Below, one piece after another: positions 1 to 8,513 of a stretch of DNA of 64,000 nucleotides. Under the pieces are notes generated by a model, which searched no databases, had not been told where the DNA came from, and worked only from the letters and a program-made list of their open reading frames with translations. The DNA comes from Planctomycetota bacterium (GTDB lineage Bacteria; Planctomycetota; UBA1135; UBA2386): contig JBKAGP010000001.1 in the NCBI GenBank assembly GCA_046290465.1, forward strand, positions 928,001-992,000. Reading direction: 5' to 3'. The translations under genes were made by a program, and so were the position numbers. Numbering within the stretch: position 1 is the stretch's first letter; every line of letters begins with the position of its first letter.

Positions 1-789
1 CGCGTGCCGCATCAACGCGCGGTAGGCGTCGGTCGCCGCCCCGCCAGCCGCCTCGAGTTCGCGCAGGTGCGCGCCGACGGTGGCGTCGTCGCCGCGGCGG
101 ACCGGCCCCGACAGCGCCGGCCCGGCGCCGTGCCGGCGCGAACCATCGCTCGCCGCCGCCATCAGAGCCGCGACCAAACGACCGGCATCGTCGCCGTCGA
201 GCCCGCCGGCCTGGACCATCGCATCGCGCGCCAGCCCGAACAGCGCCGTCGCCCCGTTGGCCGCCAGCGCGCAGGCGGCGTGGTAGAGCGCGCGGTTCTG
301 GTCGCCGCAGACGATCGGCTCGAGGCCCAGCATCCGGCTGAGCCGGCGCAGCAGCGTGAGGCTGCGTTCGCCGCCCTGCAGCAGCGCCGGTGCGCCGACC
401 GTCACGGCGCTGTGCAACGACGCCGAGAACGGCACCAGCGGGTGCAGCGAGCCGAGTCGGACGCCGAGCGGTTCGGCCGGTCGCAGCACCGACAGGTCGA
501 AGCGGCCGCTGGTGTGCAGCCACAGGCTGCAGCGGCGGCCGCCGACCGCCGCGGCGGCGGCGACGGCGTCGGCGAGCTGGCCGTCGCCGACCGCGAACAC
601 CACCACGTGGGCGCGCTGCAGGTCGCGCCAGCCGAGCACGTCGCCGGTGCCGAGCGCGTCGACGGCACCGCGAGTCCGCTCCGGGTCCCGGCCGACGTAG
701 CCGAGCACGTTCGCCGAAGCGCGCACGAAGCGCTCGGCGAACGCGGTGCCCACCCGGCCGGGGCCGACGATCGCGATCCGCACTGGCAT
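1..789 (-). CDS. Rossmann-like + DUF2520 domain protein (PanG-like ketopantoate reductase candidate), 3'-truncated by window edge
   Basis: Not in ORF track. Read manually from ATG at 789: MPVRIAIVGPGRVGTAF (GxGxxG) ...HTSG...GSLHPL...ALYHAACALAANG...ALSGPVRRGDDATVGAHL, motifs typical of DUF2520 proteins. Last gene of the panC operon. Confidence 0.85.
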   Translation of the reverse strand, partial: MPVRIAIVGPGRVGTAFAERFVRASANVLGYVGRDPERTRGAVDALGTGDVLGWRDLQRAHVVVFAVGDGQLADAVAAAAAVGGRRCSLWLHTSGRFDLSVLRPAEPLGVRLGSLHPLVPFSASLHSAVTVGAPALLQGGERSLTLLRRLSRMLGLEPIVCGDQNRALYHAACALAANGATALFGLARDAMVQAGGLDGDDAGRLVAALMAAASDGSRRHGAGPALSGPVRRGDDATVGAHLRELEAAGGAATDAYRALMRHA

Positions 790-854
790 TGCGCGTGGCA
801 GGCTACCGGATCGCGGCCGGCGAGCCGACGGCGAACTGCCGGGCCCTCGACGCC

Positions 855-1439
855 CTACTGCCCGGCGGCCGCCTCGCCGCCCTCGGCGGCCTCGCGCCGG
901 CGCCGCTCGCGCTCCTCCTGCCGCCGCTCGAGCTCCTCGACGTACTCGTCGTCGACGACCTCGCTGAGCTGGTCGAAGTCCTCGAACGACTTCGGCCGGT
1001 AGTCGGCCCCCGCCGCGCTCGCGGCTTCGACCTCCTCGACGTAGGCACGCACGACCGCCTTGTGCATCTCGATGCGGGTCGCGCTGTTGATCGGGTGTGC
1101 GAGGTCGGCGTGCAGCCGGGCGCGGCCGCGCGCGTCGCGCGGCGCACGTTCGGGATCGAGCCGGGCGCCGCAGTGGTTGCAGTACGACGCGCGCAGGTGG
1201 TTCTTGTGGTGGCAGCGCGAGCAGTGGTCGGACAGCTTGCGCGACGGCATCGCGACGAACGGACCGCGGTTGCCCTCGATGATCTTCAGGTCGCGCACGA
1301 CGAACGCATTGTCGATGGTGACGCTGCAGTAGGCCTTCAGCTTGTTGCGCGGGTCCTCGGTGAGCTTGACGCGCACCTCGGTGATCCGGAACGCGTGGCG
1401 TCCTTGATCCTCGGCGTCGTGGCTGGCTTGGTCGTGCAT
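855..1439 (-). CDS. spoVG: SpoVG family protein with zinc-ribbon insertion
   Basis: ITEVRVKL...[36 protein letters not shown]...[12 protein letters not shown]. CxxC...CxxC insert. GGAG upstream of the ATG at 1439. Confidence 0.9.
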   Translation of the reverse strand: MHDQASHDAEDQGRHAFRITEVRVKLTEDPRNKLKAYCSVTIDNAFVVRDLKIIEGNRGPFVAMPSRKLSDHCSRCHHKNHLRASYCNHCGARLDPERAPRDARGRARLHADLAHPINSATRIEMHKAVVRAYVEEVEAASAAGADYRPKSFEDFDQLSEVVDDEYVEELERRQEERERRRREAAEGGEAAAGQ

Positions 1440-1495
1440 CACCGTCTCCCTGTGGTGTCGTGCCTCGTGGCTTGTGGTGCAGTCCCCGGTCCGGA

Positions 1496-2464
1496 TCAGG
1501 CGAGCGGATCCGGTGGCGGATGGCACAGGGTCGCGGGCAGCTCCGTCGACGGTTGGTCGCCGTCGATCGCGGGGCCGGTCTTCGTCGTGACGAAGCCGGT
1601 TCCGCGGTGCTCGGTGTCCGCGAGCGCACGCTGCAGTTCCTCACGGCAGCGCGCGGCCTGCCCGGCATCGTCGGCGGCGACGAACAACGTGGAGCCGCTG
1701 CCCGACATGCGCACGTGCGCATGGCCGGCGTCGGCGATGGCGCGGCGCAGACGGCCGAGCTCCGGCCGCAGCTGCTCCGCAGCCGGTTCCAGTTCGTTGC
1801 AGTACCCGATGCCCATGGCAGCATCCCTGTTTCCGGGGACCGTATTCCTCGGGACGGTATCCGTGGCGGACGGTGAGGCCAACCGCCCTGCGTAGTTTTT
1901 GTACACGGCCGCGGTGTCGCAACCGTACGGCGGCAGCACCAGCACGAAGTGCCGCGCCGCGACCTGCTCGGGCTGCAGCTGGTCGCCGATGCCGCGCCCC
2001 CACTGGCTGCCACCGCGCAGGAAGAACGGCACGTCGGCGCCGAGCCGCACCGCCAGACCGGCCAGCTGGTCGTGCCCGAGCGGCGCGCCGAGCAGCTGGT
2101 TGGCCATGCGCAGCACGGCCGCGGCGTTGCTGCTGCCGCCGCCGAGGCCGCCGCCGTTCGGGATGCGCTTGTGCAGCTGCACGTGCAGACCGGAGTGGTG
2201 CGCGACCTCCTGCTGCAGCAGGCGCACGGCGCGCACCGCGAGGTTGCGTTCGTCGGCCGGCACCAGCAAGCGATCGTGCTCGGCCGTCACCGCGATCGAG
2301 ACGCCGGCGTCGCGCCGCACCACCGCGACGTCGTCGTGCAGGTCGAGCGCCTGGAACAGCGTGTCGAGCAGGTGGTAGCCGTCGTCGCGTCGGCCGGTGA
2401 CGCGCAGCACCAGGTTGAGCTTGGCGCGCGAACGCAGCCACAGCGCCGCCGGAGCGCCGCTCAA
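1496..2464 (-). CDS. ispE: 4-diphosphocytidyl-2-C-methyl-D-erythritol kinase
   Basis: [60 protein letters not shown] start overlaps the panC stop (TTGA). Confidence 0.93.
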   Translation of the reverse strand: MSGAPAALWLRSRAKLNLVLRVTGRRDDGYHLLDTLFQALDLHDDVAVVRRDAGVSIAVTAEHDRLLVPADERNLAVRAVRLLQQEVAHHSGLHVQLHKRIPNGGGLGGGSSNAAAVLRMANQLLGAPLGHDQLAGLAVRLGADVPFFLRGGSQWGRGIGDQLQPEQVAARHFVLVLPPYGCDTAAVYKNYAGRLASPSATDTVPRNTVPGNRDAAMGIGYCNELEPAAEQLRPELGRLRRAIADAGHAHVRMSGSGSTLFVAADDAGQAARCREELQRALADTEHRGTGFVTTKTGPAIDGDQPSTELPATLCHPPPDPLA

Positions 2465-3768
2465 CGATCGTCCTCGGCCGTCAGCGACAGGTTGTCGAGC
2501 AGCCGCACCGGTCGTTCGCCGTCGACGAACCGCCCGGCGACCAGCAGCCGGCCGCCGTCGACGTCGCCCGGCGCGAGTTCGCGCAGGTCGTCCTCGCGGC
2601 GCAGCTGCACGTAGTCGACCTCGCAGCGCGGCTCGGTGGCCAGGATCGCGTGCACCCGTTGCAGCAACGCATCGCGATCGCGCTGGCCGCGACGGAACTG
2701 CTCGCGCGCGCTGCACAGCGCCCGGTAGAGCACGGTCGCCGCCCGACGGTCCTCCGCGCCCAGGTAGACGTTGCGGCTCGACAGCGCCAGGCCGTCCGGC
2801 TCGCGCACGATCGCGCACGGCACGACCTGCAGCGGAAAGCCGAGGTCCTTGCACATGCGCCGGACCACGGCGACCTGCTGCGCGTCCTTCTGGCCGAAGT
2901 AGGCGCGGTGCGGCCGACACAGCGCGAACAGCCGCGCCACCACCGTGGCGACCCCGCCGAAGTGCCCGGCGCGCACGCCGCCCTCCATGCCGATGGCCTC
3001 GTCGCCGACCGCGACGTGGCTGCAGAAGTGCACGTCGTACATCTGGCCGACGTGCGGCGCGAACAGCGCGTCGACGCCGGCCTCGCGGCACAGCTGCAGG
3101 TCGCCGTCGAGGTCGCGCGGGTAGGCTTCGAAGTCCTCGCCGGGACCGAACTGCAACGGGTTGACGAACACCGTCGCCAGCACCCGGTCGCACTCGCGCC
3201 GCGCCGCCCGCATCAGGCTGGCGTGGCCTTCGTGCAGGCTGCCCATCGTCGGCACCAGACCGACCACGCAGCCGCCGGCCAGCCACTCCGAGGTGCGCTC
3301 GGTCAGCGCCGCGACCGAGTCCAGCACCGGGGTCGGCTCGTGCCGCGGCCGCGACGCGAGGTCGACGCCGAGCTCCTGCAGCGGTGTCGTGACGAACGGG
3401 CGTTCGTGCCAGCGCGGGTGCGGCACCACCAGCTCGCGCGTGTCGATGCGGCGGTCGCCGTAGAAGATCACGTCGAGGTCGAGCTCGCGCGGGTGGTTCT
3501 GCGGGTGCGGGAACGCGCGACCGGCCGCCCGCTCGAGTTCGCGCAGCACCGCCAGCAGCGCGTGCGGCGCCAGCGTCGTGCGCAGTTCGACGACGCCGTT
3601 GAGGAAGCGCCCCTGCGCCGGTCCGTCACCGACGAAGTCGGTCTCGAGCCACGACGAGACCCGTTCGACCCGGACCCCCGGGGTGGCGCGCAGGCCGTCG
3701 AGCGCGCGCACCAGGTGGCCCTCGCGTTCGCCGACATTGCTGCCGAGCGCGACGTATGCGGTCTCCAC
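2461..3768 (-). CDS. folK-panC: Fused HPPK (FolK) + pantoate--beta-alanine ligase (PanC)
   Basis: N-terminal YVALGSNVG, FLNGVV, PRELDLDVIFYG, VPHPRWHERPFV (FolK). C-terminal VPTMGSLHEGH, FVNPLQF, YPRD, GHFGGVATVV, FGQKDAQQ, REPDGLALSSRN, RLLDN (PanC). One continuous ORF. Confidence 0.92.
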   Translation of the reverse strand: METAYVALGSNVGEREGHLVRALDGLRATPGVRVERVSSWLETDFVGDGPAQGRFLNGVVELRTTLAPHALLAVLRELERAAGRAFPHPQNHPRELDLDVIFYGDRRIDTRELVVPHPRWHERPFVTTPLQELGVDLASRPRHEPTPVLDSVAALTERTSEWLAGGCVVGLVPTMGSLHEGHASLMRAARRECDRVLATVFVNPLQFGPGEDFEAYPRDLDGDLQLCREAGVDALFAPHVGQMYDVHFCSHVAVGDEAIGMEGGVRAGHFGGVATVVARLFALCRPHRAYFGQKDAQQVAVVRRMCKDLGFPLQVVPCAIVREPDGLALSSRNVYLGAEDRRAATVLYRALCSAREQFRRGQRDRDALLQRVHAILATEPRCEVDYVQLRREDDLRELAPGDVDGGRLLVAGRFVDGERPVRLLDNLSLTAEDDR

Positions 3769-3769
3769 G

Positions 3770-4756
3770 TCAGTTCCGCGACGGCGTCGGCCGCGCCGGC
3801 AGGTCGTAGTCGTCGTCGACGTCGGCGTCGAGGTCGTCGTCGGAGTCGCCACCGGCGCCGCGCCGGAACACCACCCGGTAGATGCCGAGCAGCATGCCCC
3901 AGACGACGTAGCCGAGCGTCACCGTGACCAGCGCCAGCTGCCACTCGATCGCCGCGATCGCGACCAGCATCACCGCGCCGACCAGGAACGGCATGCTGTG
4001 GCGGCCCTTGGCCAGCGCGAACACCGCGTGCGGGTACGGCACGCGCGAGATCATCAGCAGGCCCATCAGGACCAGCATGCCCGGCATCGCCTTGACGATC
4101 AGATCGTAGTGCTCGGGCTTCAGCAGCCAGTTGCCGATCTCCGCCGACTCGCTGCCGCGGGTGCAGAACATCGCGACCAGCGCGCAGATCACCGCGGCGG
4201 CGGCCGGCGACGGCAGCCCCTTGAACTCGCGGTGGTCGTCCTCGTCGGCGCCGGTCTCGACGTTGAAGCGCGCCAGGCGCATCGCGGCGCCGAGCACGTA
4301 GACCGCGGCGGCGGCGTAGAACAGCTTGGGCCCGACCGGCAGCAGGCTGTTGGCGTCGGCCTGCGCGTGCCAGTCGATCAGCACCTTGGCGATGAACGCC
4401 GGCACCAGCCCGAACGTCACCATGTCCGCCAGGCTGTCGAGCTGCGCGCCGAAGTTGGACGTCTGGCCGGTCATGCGCGCGACCCGACCGTCGAGCGCGT
4501 CGCAGACCATCGCGACGAAAACCAGGATCGTCGCGACCTCGAAGTAGGGCAGCACGTCGGCGAAGCTCGCCCCCGGCGGCGTCAGCCGCAGCGCGTCGGC
4601 GACCTTGGCCATCGCGAGGAAGCCGAAGAACAGGTTGGCGAGCGTGACCATGCTGGGCAGCACGGGCACTTCCTTGAGGCGGCGGCGCAGGCGCTTCTTG
4701 CGGCGGCGCACGGGCGGGTCTTCGAGTCGCGGGGTGGTCATCGGCGAACGGGGCAT
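3770..4756 (-). CDS. pssA: CDP-alcohol phosphatidyltransferase (CDP-diacylglycerol--serine O-phosphatidyltransferase)
   Basis: LPSMVTLANL, DALDGRVARMTGQTSNFGAQLDSLADMVTFG, RLARFN, FKGLPSPAAA. Multiple TM segments. Start could be 4741. Confidence 0.88.
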   Translation of the reverse strand: MPRSPMTTPRLEDPPVRRRKKRLRRRLKEVPVLPSMVTLANLFFGFLAMAKVADALRLTPPGASFADVLPYFEVATILVFVAMVCDALDGRVARMTGQTSNFGAQLDSLADMVTFGLVPAFIAKVLIDWHAQADANSLLPVGPKLFYAAAAVYVLGAAMRLARFNVETGADEDDHREFKGLPSPAAAAVICALVAMFCTRGSESAEIGNWLLKPEHYDLIVKAMPGMLVLMGLLMISRVPYPHAVFALAKGRHSMPFLVGAVMLVAIAAIEWQLALVTVTLGYVVWGMLLGIYRVVFRRGAGGDSDDDLDADVDDDYDLPARPTPSRN

Positions 4757-4937
4757 CGTACGGCGCAGACGGGGCGACGAAAAGCCTCGAACGGCGCCGC
4801 GCCGGTCGCGCCGTAGCCGGGAACAGACGAACCCGGCACAACTTTGCATCGGCCGGCGGCGATCCGTTCCTGCACGATCTCCGCTTCGGCCGTATTGCGA
4901 CGGCCCCTTCCGTCCCTCGCAAGGTAGACCCCTGACG

Positions 4938-6557
4938 ATGACCCGATCCCCGTTCCCGACGCTGCTCCTTGCCGCCGCGCTGGCGCCGTGCACGTTCGCC
5001 CAGCAGCTCTCCGACGACCGCCAGCAGGGCGCCGCCTCGGTCGACGCCGAGCAGTGCTCGAAGTGGCTGCACACGCTCGCCGGCCCCGACTTCGCGGGCC
5101 GCGGCACCGGCCAGGACGGCTACCGCAAGGCCGCCGAGTACGTCGCCGCGCACTTCCGCGCGCTCGGCCTCGAGGCCCGCGGCGAGGACGGCAGCTACTT
5201 CCAGAACATGCCGTGGAACCAGAGCAAGGTCACCAAGGCGGAGCTGACGTTCGCGCAGGACGGCAAGACCGTGCTGACGATCCCGGCCGACCGGCTCAGC
5301 GGCAACGCGTCGAAGGACACCGAGTCCGGCGGCACGGTGGCGCTGCTCAACGTCAAGGTGCCCAAGATGGAGGGCCGCCGCTTGCCGACGATCGAAGGCC
5401 TCGACGACCTCGACGTCACCGGCAAGGTGGTCGTCGCGGTGGTCCAGGCCGACCGCCGCACGCTGCCGTTCGCGCGGTTCGCGGTGATGCGCGCGCTGCA
5501 GGGCAAGAAGGCCGCGGCGTTCGTGTTCGCCAACGAGGGGGACGTCGCCGGCGGCATCCGCGCCGGCGGCGGCATGGGCCGACGCGGTCGCAACCCGGCG
5601 GCGACCGCGGCCGGCAACCGCCCGCTCGACGTCAACATCGGCGGCGACGACGTGCAGAAGCTGCTCGGCTTCGCCAACCTGACGATGGAGTCGATCCAGG
5701 AGGCGCCGCTGATGACCGAGACCGCCATGACGGCCAAGGTCGAGGTCAAGATCGAGTCGTCGGACGCGCCAGCGATGAACGTCTGGGCGGTGCTGCCCGG
5801 CAGCGACCCGAAGCTGAAGGACGAGTACGTGGTCATCGGCAGCCACCTCGACCACCTCGGCGAACGCCGCGGCACCATCTACCCGGGCGCCGACGACGAC
5901 GGTTCGGGCACGACCGGCGTGATGGCGGTCGCGCAGATGTTCGCCAAGAACGGCAACCGCCCCAAGCGCAGCATCCTGTTCGTGTGCTTCTCGGCCGAGG
6001 AGCGCGGCCTGGTCGGCTCGCGCTACTTCGTGCAGAACTGCCCGATCCCGCTCGGCTCGATCGCCGCCGAACTGCAGATGGACATGATCGGCCGCAGCGA
6101 GGAGGAATCGCGCGACGGCGGCCGCCTGGTCAACCGCGGCGAGACCGCCGAGGACAACAAGAACGTCATCCACCTGGTCGGCACCAAGAAGATGTCGAAG
6201 GCGCTGCACGACCTGTGCATGGCCCGCAACGAGGTCGCGAAGTTCGACATCGAGTTCGACCAGGAGAGCCTGTTCACGCGCAGCGACCACGCCAACTTCG
6301 CCTACCAGGGCGTGCCGATCGCGTTCTTCTTCACCGGCATCCACAAGGACTACCACCAGCCCACCGACACACCGGACAAGATCGACTACCCGAAGCTGCT
6401 GCGCATCGCGCGCTACGTCTACGACATCGGCTACGAGGTCGCCGACACCGCGCAGCGGCCGATGATCGATGCGGAGCTGTGGCAGGCGTTCAAGAAGACC
6501 GACCGCCGCGGGCGCATGCCGGAGGAGCCGGCGGCGCCGATCAAGGGCGCCAAGTAG
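4938..6557 (+). CDS. Secreted M28 family metallopeptidase with PA-like insert
   Basis: Signal peptide. GRGTG, SHLDHLG, PGADDDGSG, FSAEERGLVGS, MDMIGR, RSDH, DYHQPTD zinc-binding motifs. Confidence 0.9.
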   Translation: MTRSPFPTLLLAAALAPCTFAQQLSDDRQQGAASVDAEQCSKWLHTLAGPDFAGRGTGQDGYRKAAEYVAAHFRALGLEARGEDGSYFQNMPWNQSKVTKAELTFAQDGKTVLTIPADRLSGNASKDTESGGTVALLNVKVPKMEGRRLPTIEGLDDLDVTGKVVVAVVQADRRTLPFARFAVMRALQGKKAAAFVFANEGDVAGGIRAGGGMGRRGRNPAATAAGNRPLDVNIGGDDVQKLLGFANLTMESIQEAPLMTETAMTAKVEVKIESSDAPAMNVWAVLPGSDPKLKDEYVVIGSHLDHLGERRGTIYPGADDDGSGTTGVMAVAQMFAKNGNRPKRSILFVCFSAEERGLVGSRYFVQNCPIPLGSIAAELQMDMIGRSEEESRDGGRLVNRGETAEDNKNVIHLVGTKKMSKALHDLCMARNEVAKFDIEFDQESLFTRSDHANFAYQGVPIAFFFTGIHKDYHQPTDTPDKIDYPKLLRIARYVYDIGYEVADTAQRPMIDAELWQAFKKTDRRGRMPEEPAAPIKGAK

Positions 6558-6575
6558 GTCCGCAGCGCGCGGCGA

Positions 6576-7286
6576 TCAGCCCGGTCGCCGGTCGTCGTGC
6601 GGCCGCACGCTGACCGGCGGGCTCAGGATCTCGTTGATCACGATCGCCTGGCGCAGGTCTTCGAGCGAGTAGCGGCTGCCGAGGCCGACGGCCTTGCGGC
6701 GCTGCTGCACGCGGCCGCCGAGGTTGCCGATGGCGCCACGGCCGGCGCTCGGCTTGCCGACCCGCGTCTCCTGCATGTGGCGGTCGCGGATGCTCTCGCC
6801 GACGTGCGGGTCGACATGGATGTCCAGGCGCCGGCTACCGGTGCTGGTGCGCACCGGTTCGGGCGGCTTCTCGATCGGCGGCGGCGTCGGCGCGGGGCGC
6901 GGCGCCGGCGGTGCCGGCTCGGGGTCGAGACCGAGGATGCGGCGCATCTCGCGCGCGATCTCGTCGGGCGACTGCGCGCCGGTGCCGGCGAGGCGACCAC
7001 CGGATCCGCGGCCCGCCTGCGCGGACGTGGGCTGTGCGCCACCAGGCTGGGTGGTCGTGCGCGACTGCGGCGCCTCGCGTCGCGCCACCACCGGTGCCTG
7101 GCGCTGCTCGGGCAGCGGCTGCTGCACGCTGGTGTCGACCTTGGGCCGCCGCGCCTCCTCGGCGCGACGCCGTTCGGCGGCCTTCTTACGGGCCTTGATC
7201 GTGTTGCCGATCATGCCGACCAGCCATGCCCCGATCAGGAACAGGATGATCGGGTTCTTCATCAGCACTTGGAAGAGCTTGTCCAT
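6576..7286 (-). CDS. YqfB-like membrane-anchored protein downstream of floA
   Basis: N-terminal TM, Pro-rich linker, C-terminal LRQAIVINEILSPP motif. Third gene of the nfeD-floA operon. Confidence 0.7.
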   Translation of the reverse strand: MDKLFQVLMKNPIILFLIGAWLVGMIGNTIKARKKAAERRRAEEARRPKVDTSVQQPLPEQRQAPVVARREAPQSRTTTQPGGAQPTSAQAGRGSGGRLAGTGAQSPDEIAREMRRILGLDPEPAPPAPRPAPTPPPIEKPPEPVRTSTGSRRLDIHVDPHVGESIRDRHMQETRVGKPSAGRGAIGNLGGRVQQRRKAVGLGSRYSLEDLRQAIVINEILSPPVSVRPHDDRRPG

Positions 7287-7301
7287 GGCGACTGCGATGC
7301 G

Positions 7302-7392
7302 GGGTCGGCGAACGGGGCTGGGTCGGCGAACGGGGCTGGGCCTACGAACGGGGCTGGGCCTACGAACGGGGCCGGGTCAACGAACGGGCCGG
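7302..7392. repeat. Intergenic tandem repeat, ~5 x 18 bp (CGAACGGGGCTGGGYCNN)
   Basis: CGAACGGG recurs at 7309, 7327, 7345, 7363 and 7381. Confidence 0.9.
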
Positions 7393-8448
7393 CTACTCCT
7401 GACCCGGCATCTTCTTGCGGTCCTCCTCGGACTCGAGGTGCGCCTCCTCACCGGCGGCGATGCCCGAACGCATGCGCGTGTCGGCCTCGATGTTCTTGAT
7501 CTTCTGGTAGTCGAGGATCCCGAGATTGCCCGAACGGAACGCCTCGGCCATCGCCTTGGGCACTTCGGCCTCGGCGAGCACCAGCTTGGCGCGGTTGGCC
7601 GCGATCTCGGCGACGTTCTCCTGCTCGGCGGCGACCGCCATCGCGCGGCGCGACTCGGCCGCGGCCTGCGCGACGCGCTTGTCGGCCTCGGCCTGGTCGG
7701 CCTGCAGGCGCGCGCCGATGTTGTCGCCGATGTCGACGTCGGCGATGTCGATCGACAGGATCTCGAACGCCGTGCCGGCGTCGAGCCCCTTCTCGAGCAC
7801 GCCCTTGGAGATGCGATCGGGGTTCTCGAGCACCTGCTTGTGGGTGTTCGACGAACCGATCGTCGAGACGATGCCCTCGCCGACGCGCGCGATGATCGTC
7901 TCCTCGGTGGCGCCGCCGACCAGGCGCTGGATGTTGGTGCGCACGGTCACGCGCGCCTTGGCCATCACCTGGATGCCGTCCATCGCCATCGCCGCGACCT
8001 TGGCGTTCTGCGGGCAGTCGATGACCTTCGGGTTGACGCAGGTCTGCACCGCGTCGAGCACGTCGCGGCCGGCGAGGTCGATCGCCGCGGCCTGACGGAA
8101 GTCGAGGTTGAGCTGCGCGCGGTCGGCGGCGATCAGCGCCTGCACGACGTTGAGCACGCGGCCGCCGGCGAGGTAGTGCGCTTCGAGGTCGCGCACGTTG
8201 AGCGGCAGGCCGGCCTGCGTCGCCGAGATCGCGGCGCGCACGATCACCGTCGGGTTGACCTTTCGCAGCGACATGCCGACCAGCTGGAACAGCCCGATCT
8301 TGGTGCCCGACATGTAGGCCTGGATCCACAGGTTGATGAACTTCAACAGGACCAGGACCAGGACGACGAACAGCAGCAGGATGCCGCCGAGCACCCACGC
8401 CATGATGTTGTCGGTGCGGAAGAAGGACTGCGCGAGCATTGCGATCAT
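7393..8448 (-). CDS. floA: Flotillin-like protein FloA (YqfA/UPF0365)
   Basis: [76 protein letters not shown]. Confidence 0.95.
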   Translation of the reverse strand: MIAMLAQSFFRTDNIMAWVLGGILLLFVVLVLVLLKFINLWIQAYMSGTKIGLFQLVGMSLRKVNPTVIVRAAISATQAGLPLNVRDLEAHYLAGGRVLNVVQALIAADRAQLNLDFRQAAAIDLAGRDVLDAVQTCVNPKVIDCPQNAKVAAMAMDGIQVMAKARVTVRTNIQRLVGGATEETIIARVGEGIVSTIGSSNTHKQVLENPDRISKGVLEKGLDAGTAFEILSIDIADVDIGDNIGARLQADQAEADKRVAQAAAESRRAMAVAAEQENVAEIAANRAKLVLAEAEVPKAMAEAFRSGNLGILDYQKIKNIEADTRMRSGIAAGEEAHLESEEDRKKMPGQE

Positions 8449-8513
8449 CGGTTCTCTCTCAGTGGATGCAGTTGGTGGCGGCGGGTCGTGGCGAAGGCAT
8501 CACGGCTGCCGCA

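Noticed and set aside
7302..7392. Possible CRISPR array (also considered for 26755-26814)
   Set aside because: Units are contiguous 15-18 bp with no unique spacers, and no cas genes are present.
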